A stretch of DNA of 64,000 nt from an uncultured Exiguobacterium sp. GTDB lineage: Bacteria; Pseudomonadota; Alphaproteobacteria; Rhodobacterales; Rhodobacteraceae. How positions within the stretch are numbered: position 1 is the first letter of the stretch; every line of letters starts with the position of its first letter. This document shows, piece by piece, positions 9,677 to 20,107 of this stretch. Both the position numbers and the translations under genes were made by a program. The stretch lies in assembly GCA_964575185.1 (NCBI GenBank), contig CAZNPW010000001.1, positions 54,081-118,080 of the forward strand. The letters are read 5' to 3'. The notes under the pieces are model-generated. The model did not search any database and was not told the DNA's origin. It was given only the letters and a program-made list of their open reading frames with translations.

Positions 9677-10510
9677 CTATTCACCCCGCCGTGCCGCGCC
9701 GGCCGCGACGGCGAGCGTCAGGGCGAGCGCGATCGTCGCCGACAGCGACCGGAAGGCGCCGAAGTCGATCTCCTCCACCACCAGCACGGCGGCGGCGCGG
9801 GCGGCGACGGGGCTGTCCGGGCGGTCGGTCAGCGCGACGACGGGAAGGCCCGCGGCGGCGGCGTGGTCGGCCAGCGCGCGCGTCTCGGCCGCCCAGGGCG
9901 CGAAGGAGACGGCGACCAGCGCATCGCCCGGCCGCAGCGCATGGCGGTGGTCGAGCCCGCCCGCCCCGTCGTGCAGCAGCGCCGGGATCGACAGCTTTTC
10001 GCAGACGTAGGCGAGGTAGCCCGCCACCGGAAAGGCGCGGCGGAACCCCGCGACGTGGACCGTCCGCGCGGCGGCCAGCACGGCGGTCGCAAGGTCCAGC
10101 GCCGCGGGGTCGATGCCGCGCGTCAGCGCCGCGAGCGAGGCGCGGCCGGCGTCCACGAACTCGGCCAGCAGCGCGGCGGGGCTGCCCGGCCCCCGCGCCT
10201 TCAGGTTGTCCAACCGCGTGGCGTAGTCGGGCAGCCCCGGCACGAAGGCCGCGCGGAACAGCCGCTGCATGTCGGAAAACCCCGAAAATCCCATGATCTG
10301 GCAGAAGCGGATGACCGCCGAGGGCGGCACGCCCGCGCCCGAAGCGAGGTCGGCCACCGTCGAGACGGCGATGCGGTCGAGGTTCCGGGCGACGTGGTCG
10401 GCGCATTGCCGCAGCCGCCGCGGCAGCGCGGGCGTGACGGCCGCGAGGCGGTCGCCGAAGGCCGCGACCGTCGCCGGGGGGCCGACAGCGGGAACGCTGG
10501 GCTGGTCCAT
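9677..10510 (-). CDS. iolR: RpiR/MurR-family transcriptional regulator, probable inositol repressor
   Basis: HTH_6 domain plus SIS domain. It lies directly upstream of iolC. The start at 10510 (MDQPSV) was chosen so that the operator at 10522..10535 stays upstream; the longest ORF starts at 10564. Confidence 0.7.
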   Translation of the reverse strand: MDQPSVPAVGPPATVAAFGDRLAAVTPALPRRLRQCADHVARNLDRIAVSTVADLASGAGVPPSAVIRFCQIMGFSGFSDMQRLFRAAFVPGLPDYATRLDNLKARGPGSPAALLAEFVDAGRASLAALTRGIDPAALDLATAVLAAARTVHVAGFRRAFPVAGYLAYVCEKLSIPALLHDGAGGLDHRHALRPGDALVAVSFAPWAAETRALADHAAAAGLPVVALTDRPDSPVAARAAAVLVVEEIDFGAFRSLSATIALALTLAVAAGAARRGE

Positions 10511-10521
10511 CGCGCGAATAT

Positions 10522-10535
10522 GGAACGATTGTTCC
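10522..10535. promoter_or_regulatory. IolR-type operator GGAA-N6-TTCC upstream of iolR
   Basis: GGAACGATTGTTCC, 12 nt upstream of the proposed iolR start. Confidence 0.55.
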
Positions 10536-10629
10536 AGAAGGCAAGCGCCGTCGCGCGCGCGCATGCGACAAGGCAGCCTTTGACCTTACGCGGCGTTGTC
10601 GGCTAGGGTCGGGGCCGAAACCGGGGGGC

Positions 10630-11544
10630 ATGCCTCCGGTCCTGGATGGGACGTGGCCGATGGGCGTGCTGGCGAAGTGGGTGGGCTTGGCGGCGGTGGG
10701 CTTCGGGGCGGCGGCCTGCGCGCCGGCGGCGGGACCCGCGCCTTTGGCCGCTCCGGTGGCCTCCTTCCTGCAGACGCAGGCGCCGCTTGCGGCCGACACC
10801 ACCATCTACCAGGCCGTCCAGGACGGGCCTTTCGCGATCCCGGCGATCCCGCTCGACCAGCTCCCGCAGGATCTGCGGCGGCAGGAGGTGCAGTATCCGA
10901 CCGACGAGGCACCGGGCACCATCATTGTCAACACGGCCGAGCGGCGGCTCTATTTCGTGACCGGCCCCGACCGGGCGATCCGCTACGGCATCGGGGTCGG
11001 GCGCGCGGGCTACGAATGGTCGGGCCTGGCCACGGTGGCCTCGCGGCGGCCCTGGCCGACCTGGACCCCGCCCTCGGAGATGATCGCGCGCAACCCCGCG
11101 CTCGAGAAATGGCGGAACGGCCAGCCCGGCGGTCTGGACAACCCGCTCGGCGCGCGGGCGCTGTATCTGGCGACCGATGGCGTCGACTACGGCTACCGCA
11201 TCCACGGCACGTCGGACTGGCGGACGATCGGCAAGAGCGTCAGCGCCGGCTGCATCCGCATGTTCAACCAGGACGTGATCGACCTCTACAACCGGGCGCC
11301 CGAGGGCGCCAAGGTCATCGTGATGACGCCCGACGGGGAGATGCCGACCGGCCTGACCCTGCCGCATGCGAAGCCCGCGGGCGGCCGCACCGTCGCCGCG
11401 TCCGACCCGGAGCCGGAACCCGCGGTCGCGGTGGCCGAACCCGCCATGCCGGTCCTGCCGCCGCTGCCCGCGCTCGACGCCGACCTGGTGGCTCCGGTCA
11501 TCGTGCCCGCCGCAGCCCCGGCGGCGGCGGCCCCGGTGAACTGA
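10630..11544 (+). CDS. L,D-transpeptidase (YkuD domain), probable lipoprotein
   Basis: YkuD catalytic motif HGT...SAGCIRM. A lipobox-like GAAAC is present. The alternative start at 10660 (MGVLAKW) is equally plausible. Confidence 0.8.
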   Translation: MPPVLDGTWPMGVLAKWVGLAAVGFGAAACAPAAGPAPLAAPVASFLQTQAPLAADTTIYQAVQDGPFAIPAIPLDQLPQDLRRQEVQYPTDEAPGTIIVNTAERRLYFVTGPDRAIRYGIGVGRAGYEWSGLATVASRRPWPTWTPPSEMIARNPALEKWRNGQPGGLDNPLGARALYLATDGVDYGYRIHGTSDWRTIGKSVSAGCIRMFNQDVIDLYNRAPEGAKVIVMTPDGEMPTGLTLPHAKPAGGRTVAASDPEPEPAVAVAEPAMPVLPPLPALDADLVAPVIVPAAAPAAAAPVN

Positions 11545-11605
11545 GTGGCGACCGCCGCGGCCCCGCTGCCCGGTCGCCGGCCAGGCGCGGACGGCGGCGG
11601 CCGCG

Positions 11606-12289
11606 CTACCGCAGCCAGCGGTCGTAGTCGCTGACCAGCAGGTGCAGCGGCGGCTCGTCCTCCTCGATCTCGGCGAAGCGGCCGATGGGCTGCACGAAGA
11701 TGTTGTCGGTCACGTCGTCGTTGACGGTGGAGACCTCGCCGATCAGCACGTCGCCGCCCTCGCCCCAGAAGGCGTGCCAGTCGCCGGGCATCAGCGTGAC
11801 GCTTTCGCCGGGGGCCAGGCGCAGCTTGTGGCCGGGGCCGTAGGTCACGGGGATGCCGTCGCAGAACACCACCCCGCCGCGGTCGGGGGCGTAGTTGCCC
11901 TGCCCGTCGGAGCCGTGGAGTTCGACCACCAGCGTCGCGCCGCCGCGGTTGATGATGTCCTCGGCCTTGATGACGTGGGTGTGGCAGGGCGACAGCTGGT
12001 CCTGCCGCGAGATCAGCAGCTTCTCGGCATAGCACATGCCGCCGCCGCGCTGCAGGTCGGCGAGCCGCCCGTTCCGCAGCGTGAAGAGGAACAGGCCCAT
12101 CGCGTCGAACCGGCCCTGGCCGTAGTCGGTGATGTCCCAGCCGCAGCGGGCCTCGACGATGGCGCGGGCGTCGGTGCGGGCGCGGAACTCGTCCGGGGTC
12201 CAGCGCGCGAAGGGTGGCAGGACGAAGCCGTGCGCGCGGATCAGGTCGTCGCCCGCGCGCATGATGTCGTTGATCCGGCTCCGTTTCAT
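11606..12289 (-). CDS. D-lyxose/D-mannose family sugar isomerase (cupin)
   Basis: 227 aa, MKRSRINDI...DIINRGG...GEVSTVNDD. It is colinear with the enterobacterial D-lyxose isomerase as I recall it. A GAGGAGG RBS precedes the start. Confidence 0.8.
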   Translation of the reverse strand: MKRSRINDIMRAGDDLIRAHGFVLPPFARWTPDEFRARTDARAIVEARCGWDITDYGQGRFDAMGLFLFTLRNGRLADLQRGGGMCYAEKLLISRQDQLSPCHTHVIKAEDIINRGGATLVVELHGSDGQGNYAPDRGGVVFCDGIPVTYGPGHKLRLAPGESVTLMPGDWHAFWGEGGDVLIGEVSTVNDDVTDNIFVQPIGRFAEIEEDEPPLHLLVSDYDRWLR

Positions 12290-12318
12290 CGGCGTCCTCC
12301 TCGGCTGCGGGGCCGAGC

Positions 12319-13659
12319 TTACGCCGGGCAGGCGGCTCCCCTCAACCCCGTCTGCCACAGGAAGCGCCAAAGGAGAAGGCCGCCGACGATGCCGACGCCG
12401 ATCACGAAGCCCGCCCAGATGCCCGCGGGGCCGAGGCCCGCGGCATGGGCCAGCAGCCAGCCTGCAGGCAGGCCCACGACCCAGTAGCCGAGGAGCGACA
12501 CGGTCCCGGGCACGGCGGTGTCCGACAGGCCGCGCAGCGCGCCGAGCATGGTCGATTGCAGCCCGTCGGCCACCTGGCTGAGCGCGAAGACGAAGAAGAT
12601 CGCGGCGGCGACGGCGATCACCTCCGGGTCGCGGGTGACGAGCGCGGCGATCTGCCGCCCGTAGAGGCCGAGCACCAGCGCCGCGCCGACCAGCCAGACC
12701 ATCGCGAGGCCGAGCGCCGCGAAGGCGATGGGGCGCAGCCGCGCCGTGTCGCCCGCGCCCGTCGCCGCGCCGATGCGGATCGCGACGGCCCCGGCGATGC
12801 CGAGCGGGATCATGTAGAGAAGCCCGCCCACCGCCATCGCGACCTGGTTGCCCGCCAGCGCGATGGCCCCGAAGGTGCCGATCAGGATCGTGCCCGCGGC
12901 CATCGCGCCGGTTTCGGCGACGTAGAGCAGGCCCAGCGGCGCGCCCTCGCGCGCGGTGACGGTCAGGTCCGTCAGCGTGGCGGGCGCGCGGATGCGCAGG
13001 CGGCGCATCGAGGGGGCGGCCTGCCAGATCAGGGCGGCAAGGGCGAGGCTCGCCAGTTGCGACACGAGCGTCGCCACGCCCGCGCCGGTCAGGCCGAGCG
13101 CGGGGAGGGGGCCGATGCCCCAGATCAGCAGGTAGTTCAGCGGCACGTTCACCGCGACCCCGGCGAAGGCGAGCGCGGTCGCGAGCCAGGGCCGACCCAC
13201 CGCGTCGAAGGCCGCGGAGAAGACGACCATCGCGGCCATCGGCACGATGGTCAACGCGACCAGCGTCCAGTAGGGGCCGGCGATGTCCAGCACCTCGGCC
13301 GGCTGGCCGAGGCGCGGCAGGGCGAGCCAGATCAGCGCCATCGCCGCCGCGCCCGCAAGCCCGGCCGCCACGCCCAGCCAGAGGCCCGAGCGCAGGATCA
13401 CCGGCACGCGCCGCGCGGCCCCGGCCCCGCGCGCCGCCGCGATGCGGACCGAGACCTGCGACAGCATCCCCCAGACCGCCGCCTGCACGATCAGCGCCGC
13501 CGCCCCGGTCAGCCCGACCGCCGCAAGGGGGACCGCACCGAGGGGGGCCACCATCAGCGAATCGGTGACGCCGAGCACGGTCATCGCGGCGTATTGCAGC
13601 GTGATCGGCACGGCGAGGCCGAGCGTGGGGCGGATTTCGGGACGGATGGCGGTCAGCAT
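12319..13659 (-). CDS. MATE family efflux transporter
   Basis: 446 aa with about 12 hydrophobic segments and a typical MATE N-terminus. A GGGAGGG RBS is present. Confidence 0.85.
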   Translation of the reverse strand: MLTAIRPEIRPTLGLAVPITLQYAAMTVLGVTDSLMVAPLGAVPLAAVGLTGAAALIVQAAVWGMLSQVSVRIAAARGAGAARRVPVILRSGLWLGVAAGLAGAAAMALIWLALPRLGQPAEVLDIAGPYWTLVALTIVPMAAMVVFSAAFDAVGRPWLATALAFAGVAVNVPLNYLLIWGIGPLPALGLTGAGVATLVSQLASLALAALIWQAAPSMRRLRIRAPATLTDLTVTAREGAPLGLLYVAETGAMAAGTILIGTFGAIALAGNQVAMAVGGLLYMIPLGIAGAVAIRIGAATGAGDTARLRPIAFAALGLAMVWLVGAALVLGLYGRQIAALVTRDPEVIAVAAAIFFVFALSQVADGLQSTMLGALRGLSDTAVPGTVSLLGYWVVGLPAGWLLAHAAGLGPAGIWAGFVIGVGIVGGLLLWRFLWQTGLRGAACPA

Positions 13660-13681
13660 CTTGCGCCCTCCCTTCGGCTTG

Positions 13682-13696
13682 CATACGTTGCGTATG
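13682..13696. promoter_or_regulatory. Candidate TetR operator, inverted repeat CATACG-TTG-CGTATG
   Basis: Lies in the MATE/TetR divergent spacer. CGTATGTCA is repeated again at 13721..13729. Confidence 0.4.
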
Positions 13697-13723
13697 TCAG
13701 TGAGCTACTCACCTACGGGCCGT

Positions 13724-14311
13724 ATGTCAACAGCCGAACGACGATCGCGGGCCGAGATGATCGCGGCCACCACCGGCGCGCTGGTCGCCGTCGCGCGGAA
13801 GGCGTTTGCGGAACAGGGGTTCGCGGCGGTGTCGCTCGACGCGCTCGCGGCCGAGGCGGGGATGACGCGCGGGGCGGTGCACCACCATTTCGGCAACAAG
13901 GCGGGGCTGTTCGAGGCGGTGTTCCGGGCGGTGGTGGCCGAGATCGGGAGCGAGATCGACGCGGTGTGGGACGGCCAGCCCGACGACTGGGCGGCGTTCC
14001 GGGCCTGCTTCCACGCCTACCTCGACGCCGTGGTCCGCCCCGACCGCAGCCGCATCCTGTTCGAGGACGGCCCGGCGGTGTTGTGCGGCGAGGCCTACGA
14101 GATCCTGATCGACGACGGGCTTGCGGATGTCATCGCCGCGCTCGACCGGCAGGTCGCGGGCGGGCAGATCGCCGCGACCGATGCCGAGGGGATGGCCCAT
14201 GCGCTGAACGGCGCGACGGTGAACCTCGCGTTCTGGATGGCGGCGGATGCCGGGCGCCACGCGCGGGCGCATGGCGTGATGGACGGGCTGCTGGACGGGC
14301 TTGCGGCCTGA
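13724..14311 (+). CDS. TetR/AcrR family transcriptional regulator
   Basis: TetR HTH motif (FAAVSLDALAAEAGMTRGAVHHHFGNK). It is divergent from the MATE gene. An alternative in-frame ATG lies at 13694. Confidence 0.8.
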   Translation: MSTAERRSRAEMIAATTGALVAVARKAFAEQGFAAVSLDALAAEAGMTRGAVHHHFGNKAGLFEAVFRAVVAEIGSEIDAVWDGQPDDWAAFRACFHAYLDAVVRPDRSRILFEDGPAVLCGEAYEILIDDGLADVIAALDRQVAGGQIAATDAEGMAHALNGATVNLAFWMAADAGRHARAHGVMDGLLDGLAA

Positions 14312-14325
14312 CGGCTCCGCGGGGG

Positions 14326-14360
14326 GTTGCGCGTCCCGGCGCAGGCCGGGACCTCACCGC
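14326..14360. repeat. REP family A: hairpin GTCCCGGC-N4-GCCGGGAC
   Basis: GCGTCCCGGCGCAGGCCGGGACCTC, lying between the convergent TetR and nnr stops. Confidence 0.65.
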
Positions 14361-16078
14361 ATGAGTTTGGCAAGGAGGCGGGGCAACTGCTCCGGCAGAT
14401 CCTCCGCGATCAGCCCCGGCCCGAACTGCAGCGCACACTCCACATGCAGCCAGGCCGCGGTGCAGGCGGCGTCGAAGGGGGCGAAGCCGCGGGCGAGGAG
14501 ACCGGCGATGAAGCCCGCGAGCACGTCGCCCGACCCGGCGGTCGCGAGCCAGGGGGCTGACCTTTCGTAGACGGCGGCGTTGATCGCGCAGCGGCCCGAG
14601 GGGTCGGCGATGACGGTGTCGGGGCCTTTGCAGAGCACCACGCAGCCCGCGCGCTTCGCGGCCTCGCGGGTGGCATCGACCTTGGAATAGGCGGGGCCGG
14701 TGGTGGCGGGCGCGTCGAGTTTCGCCGCGATGTCGGGGAAGAGGCGGGCGAACTCGCCGGCATGGGGGGTGAGGATGCAGGCGGGGTGAAGCGCGGCGAA
14801 GAGGGTTTCGTCGCGCGCGAGGTGCGTGAGGGCGTCGGCGTCGAGGACGGTGGGGCGCTGCGAAGACCCTCTCCCCCCTCCCCTCTCCCCAGGGAGAGGG
14901 GAGGCGCCTTCGCCCGGCGCGGCGGCTTTGGCGGAGGGCAGCGGTTCCGCCGTCGCCCCCCTCTCGCGTGGGAGAGGGGACGGGGGAGAGGCGAGAGGGG
15001 ACGGGGGAGAAGGCGTGGCAAGACCCAGCGCCGCCGCCACCAGCCCCGCCGCCCGCGCGTCGGCCCCGAGGCCCGGGCCGAGGCAGAGGGCGTTGATGCG
15101 GGTGTCCTCCAGAAGCGCGGTCAGGTCCGCCGCCGCCGCCACCCGCCACAGCATGATCGCGGTGAGGTGGGCGGCGCATTCCGGCAGGGCGTCGTCCGGC
15201 GCGCCGACCGTCACCAGCCCCGCCCCGATCCTGAGCGCCCCCCGCGCGGCGAGGCGGGCGGCGCCGGTGCGGGTGGCGGGGCCGGAGAGGATGAGGGCGT
15301 GGCCGTGGGTGTATTTGTGGGACGACGCGGCCTTGGCGATGCGGGCGGGGGGCGCGACCAACGACAGGCCGGGCGCCCGCCTTGGAATGAAGCGCGGGCC
15401 GGGCGGCGGCGGTTTTGGAAGGATTGCGTCCAGCCCGATGTCGACCGTCACGACCTTGCGACAAAGCCGGGAACCGTCGCCCAGCAGGTGTCCGGGCTTT
15501 TGCCGATGAAACGTAACGGTCAACGCCGCAGGCATGACCGGACCGAGGGGCCGGCCCGAATCCGCACAAAGGCCTGACGGCACGTCGATCGCCACGCCCT
15601 TGTCGATGAACCAGTGCCAGTTGTCGTCCATCTCGCCCAGGACGGCTCCGATTTCGCCGACAAGGGGACGCGACAGGCCGGTGCCGAAGAGCGCATCGAA
15701 CCACAGTGCGAAGGGCGGAGAGGGCAGACTTCTTGCGGTCAGACGCCGCAAGCGACCTCCGGCGTCGCGCCAGGCCACCATCGCGGTCGTCGCATCCGGC
15801 GGCAATCGGCTCGGGTCGCCGTAGAGGAACACCTCCACCTCCCACCCCCGCGCCTGCAACAGCCGCGCCACGACGAACCCGTCGCCGCCGTTGTTGCCCG
15901 GGCCGCAGAGGACCACCGCCCGCTGCGGCGCGAGCGCGAGGTCGGGCCATTCCTCCAGCACCGCCGCGACGACCCCGGCCCCGGCGCGTTCCATCAGCTC
16001 CAGCCCCGTGACCTGCCCGGAGGCGATCGCGGCGGCCTCGATGGCGCGCATCTGGGCGGCGGTGAGGAGTTCGGTCAT
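14354..16078 (-). CDS. nnr: Bifunctional NAD(P)H-hydrate repair enzyme (epimerase/dehydratase), carrying a repeat-derived insertion
   Basis: N-terminal YjeF_N domain (GPGNNGGDG) and C-terminal carbohydrate-kinase domain (GPGLG...VLDADAL...GSGDVLAG). The start MTELLTAAQMR is at 16078. Confidence 0.85.
   Translation of the reverse strand: MTELLTAAQMRAIEAAAIASGQVTGLELMERAGAGVVAAVLEEWPDLALAPQRAVVLCGPGNNGGDGFVVARLLQARGWEVEVFLYGDPSRLPPDATTAMVAWRDAGGRLRRLTARSLPSPPFALWFDALFGTGLSRPLVGEIGAVLGEMDDNWHWFIDKGVAIDVPSGLCADSGRPLGPVMPAALTVTFHRQKPGHLLGDGSRLCRKVVTVDIGLDAILPKPPPPGPRFIPRRAPGLSLVAPPARIAKAASSHKYTHGHALILSGPATRTGAARLAARGALRIGAGLVTVGAPDDALPECAAHLTAIMLWRVAAAADLTALLEDTRINALCLGPGLGADARAAGLVAAALGLATPSPPSPLASPPSPLPRERGATAEPLPSAKAAAPGEGASPLPGERGGGRGSSQRPTVLDADALTHLARDETLFAALHPACILTPHAGEFARLFPDIAAKLDAPATTGPAYSKVDATREAAKRAGCVVLCKGPDTVIADPSGRCAINAAVYERSAPWLATAGSGDVLAGFIAGLLARGFAPFDAACTAAWLHVECALQFGPGLIAEDLPEQLPRLLAKLMR
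14866..15012. repeat. REP family D: composite palindromic element (CCCCTCTCCC / GGGAGAGGGG hairpins) inside nnr
   Basis: Two hairpins. The element is translated in frame as ...PSPPSPLASPPSPLPRERG...SPLPGERGGGRG. A related copy lies at 62461..62520. Confidence 0.7.
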
Positions 16079-16201
16079 GCCTTCGCACCCTGCCCGGAAA
16101 ACGGGCGGCTTGCTTGCCAAACAGGCGTCACGATCCGAAACGCGGCGCGACCGGCCGCCGCACCCCGGGGCCGGATTGTGGCCGCGGAACCGCCGTGGTG
16201 A

Positions 16202-16573
<372 letters not shown>

Positions 16574-16597
16574 GACATCAACGAGAAGAGGACGCGC

Positions 16598-18007
<1,410 letters not shown>

Positions 18008-18031
18008 CGCGGCGGGCGGCGGATTCCGGCG

Positions 18032-18056
18032 AGGGGCGCCTGCGGGCGCCCCTTTC
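18032..18056 (+). terminator. Terminator-like hairpin after glnA
   Basis: Stem AGGGGCGCC, loop tgcg, stem GGCGCCCCT, followed by TT. Confidence 0.5.
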
Positions 18057-18164
18057 GCATGCGGCGGGACGGAATGGTTCCACTGTCCGACAAATGCCCG
18101 CCGTGCTCCGCGGATTCGCCACAATCCGACCGCACGTGTTGCGCGCTCAACCTGCGGGATAGTC

Positions 18165-18905
18165 ATGCACGCTGCGCACCCACCGCTGTCGACCACCGTT
18201 GCCCACGCGCTGTATCTCGGCGCGCCGCCGGTGAACTTCGCGCGGCTGGTGGCGATGCTGGCGGTGCGGCTGGACCGGCTGCCGGGGCAGCCGCCGGTGC
18301 TGTCGTGGGATTGCGACGACGTGGCGATGTTCCGGTCGCAGGGCCTGCGGGTGACGCTCGCGCTGACCGACGCGCCGGGCACCGACTATGCCTGCTGCAT
18401 CACGGTGGGCGTCGGGCCGGACGGGGCCGGGCGGGTCGCGGGGCCGCTGCAGCGCCGCGCCGTCGGCCTGTGCCGGATGATCGCCGACGGGCTGGCCACC
18501 CGGACGCGGCCGGTCGCGCTGCTGTGGGACCGCGTGCCGGGCGTGCTGACGGCCGACACGATCGACGACCTGGTCTGGGGCCTGCGCGACCGCGACCTGC
18601 TGGCCTACGCCTTGCCGCCGGTCGAGCTGCCGCGCCCCCGGCACGAGGCGCGCGCGCTGCGGCAGGCCATCTACCGGCGTCACGAGCTGGAAAACCCGGT
18701 GGCGGAGTCGCTCGAGATCCGGCTCGCGACGCAGGCGGCCAACACCTCGCTGCTGGTCGCCGCACCGCCCGTGGGGGCGGCGGTCGTGGCGCTGAGCCTG
18801 ATCCGGGGCGAAAACCCGCGGCTGACCGCCCGGGTCGTGGCGCTGACGGGGGCCGGGCTCGCGGCGATCGCGCTCGTGCAGGACGGGCTGCGGTTCCTGC
18901 CCTGA
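18165..18905 (+). CDS. Hypothetical protein with a hydrophobic C-terminal region
   Basis: 246 aa from ATG 18165, with high GC3 coding bias. I recognise no motif. Confidence 0.5.
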   Translation: MHAAHPPLSTTVAHALYLGAPPVNFARLVAMLAVRLDRLPGQPPVLSWDCDDVAMFRSQGLRVTLALTDAPGTDYACCITVGVGPDGAGRVAGPLQRRAVGLCRMIADGLATRTRPVALLWDRVPGVLTADTIDDLVWGLRDRDLLAYALPPVELPRPRHEARALRQAIYRRHELENPVAESLEIRLATQAANTSLLVAAPPVGAAVVALSLIRGENPRLTARVVALTGAGLAAIALVQDGLRFLP

Positions 18906-18940
18906 GGGCGCGCGGCGGCGATCCCCCGGCGCGCCGCGGG

Positions 18941-20053
18941 TCATTCGTCGGGCCGGGCGATGCGCCCGCCGCCGATGGCCGCCGCGACGCCGGTGGTGCC
19001 GGGCGCGCTGGTCGTCAGCCCCCGCAGCACGCGCACGGCGAGAAAGCCGAAGGCCTGCGCCTCGAGCATGTCGCCGTTCAGGCCGATCTCCTCGACCGGC
19101 TGGATGCGCGCGCCGGTGCGCCGCGCGAGTTCGGCCATCAGGGTCGCGTTGTGGCGGCCGCCGCCGGCCACCAGCACCGAGGTGACCGGCGTCGGGAAAT
19201 GCTCGCCGCCGCGGGCGACGCAGGCGGCGATGGCGGCGGTCAGCGTCGCCGCCGCATCGGCATCGCCCATGTGCTGCACGGCCCGCAAAAGCCCGTGGAA
19301 ATCGTTCCTGTCCAGGGATTTCGGCGGGACCTTCAGGAACCATGCCTCGTTCATCAGGCGCGCGACGATGTGGTCGTTGACCCGCCCCTGCGCGGCAAGC
19401 TCGCCCCCGGTGTCGCGCCCGGCGCCCGTGCGCGCGCGCATCAGGTCGTCCAAGGGCGCGTTGGCGGGGCCGGTGTCGAAGGCGAGAAGCGCGCCGGGCG
19501 CGTCGGGGTCGGCCAGGCGCGGGTCGACCCAGGTGACGTTGCCGACGCCGCCGAGGTTCAGGAAGGCCACCGGCGCGGTGATGTTCGCCCGCCGCGCGAG
19601 CGCGTGGTGGAAGAAGGGCGCGAGGGGCGCGCCCTGCCCGCCCATCGCCACGTCGTTCGACCGGAAGTCCCAGACGACGGTGGTGTTCAGGGCCGCGGCG
19701 AGCACGTCGCCGTCGCCCGCCTGGTGGGTGCCGCGCCCGCCCGGGTCATGCGCCAGCGTCTGGCCGTGGAAGCCCACGACCTGCGCCCCGGTGAAGCGCG
19801 ACAGAAGCTCGGCATGGGCGTTCTCGACCACCGCCGCCGCCTGCGACACCCGCCGGTCGCCGGGCCAGAGGCCGAGCGCCGCGCGCAGCGTGGCCTGTTC
19901 GGCCGGGGTGTAGGGGCGGAAGGCGTGCGGGCCGAAGTCGCGCAGGGTCACGCCGTCGGTCAGCACCATCGCCGCGTCGACCCCATCGAGCGAGGTGCCC
20001 GACATCGTGCCGAGTGCCCAGATCGGCCCGTTCCCCGGCAGCGTTGCCGACAT
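18941..20053 (-). CDS. anmK: Anhydro-N-acetylmuramic acid kinase
   Basis: GTMSGTSLDGVDAA N-terminal motif. 370 aa from ATG 20053. Confidence 0.85.
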   Translation of the reverse strand: MSATLPGNGPIWALGTMSGTSLDGVDAAMVLTDGVTLRDFGPHAFRPYTPAEQATLRAALGLWPGDRRVSQAAAVVENAHAELLSRFTGAQVVGFHGQTLAHDPGGRGTHQAGDGDVLAAALNTTVVWDFRSNDVAMGGQGAPLAPFFHHALARRANITAPVAFLNLGGVGNVTWVDPRLADPDAPGALLAFDTGPANAPLDDLMRARTGAGRDTGGELAAQGRVNDHIVARLMNEAWFLKVPPKSLDRNDFHGLLRAVQHMGDADAAATLTAAIAACVARGGEHFPTPVTSVLVAGGGRHNATLMAELARRTGARIQPVEEIGLNGDMLEAQAFGFLAVRVLRGLTTSAPGTTGVAAAIGGGRIARPDE

Positions 20054-20107
20054 CTTCCCCCGCGCCTTCCGCCCTGCTAAGCCGCGCGAGTTATGCATGA
20101 GGCGGCC

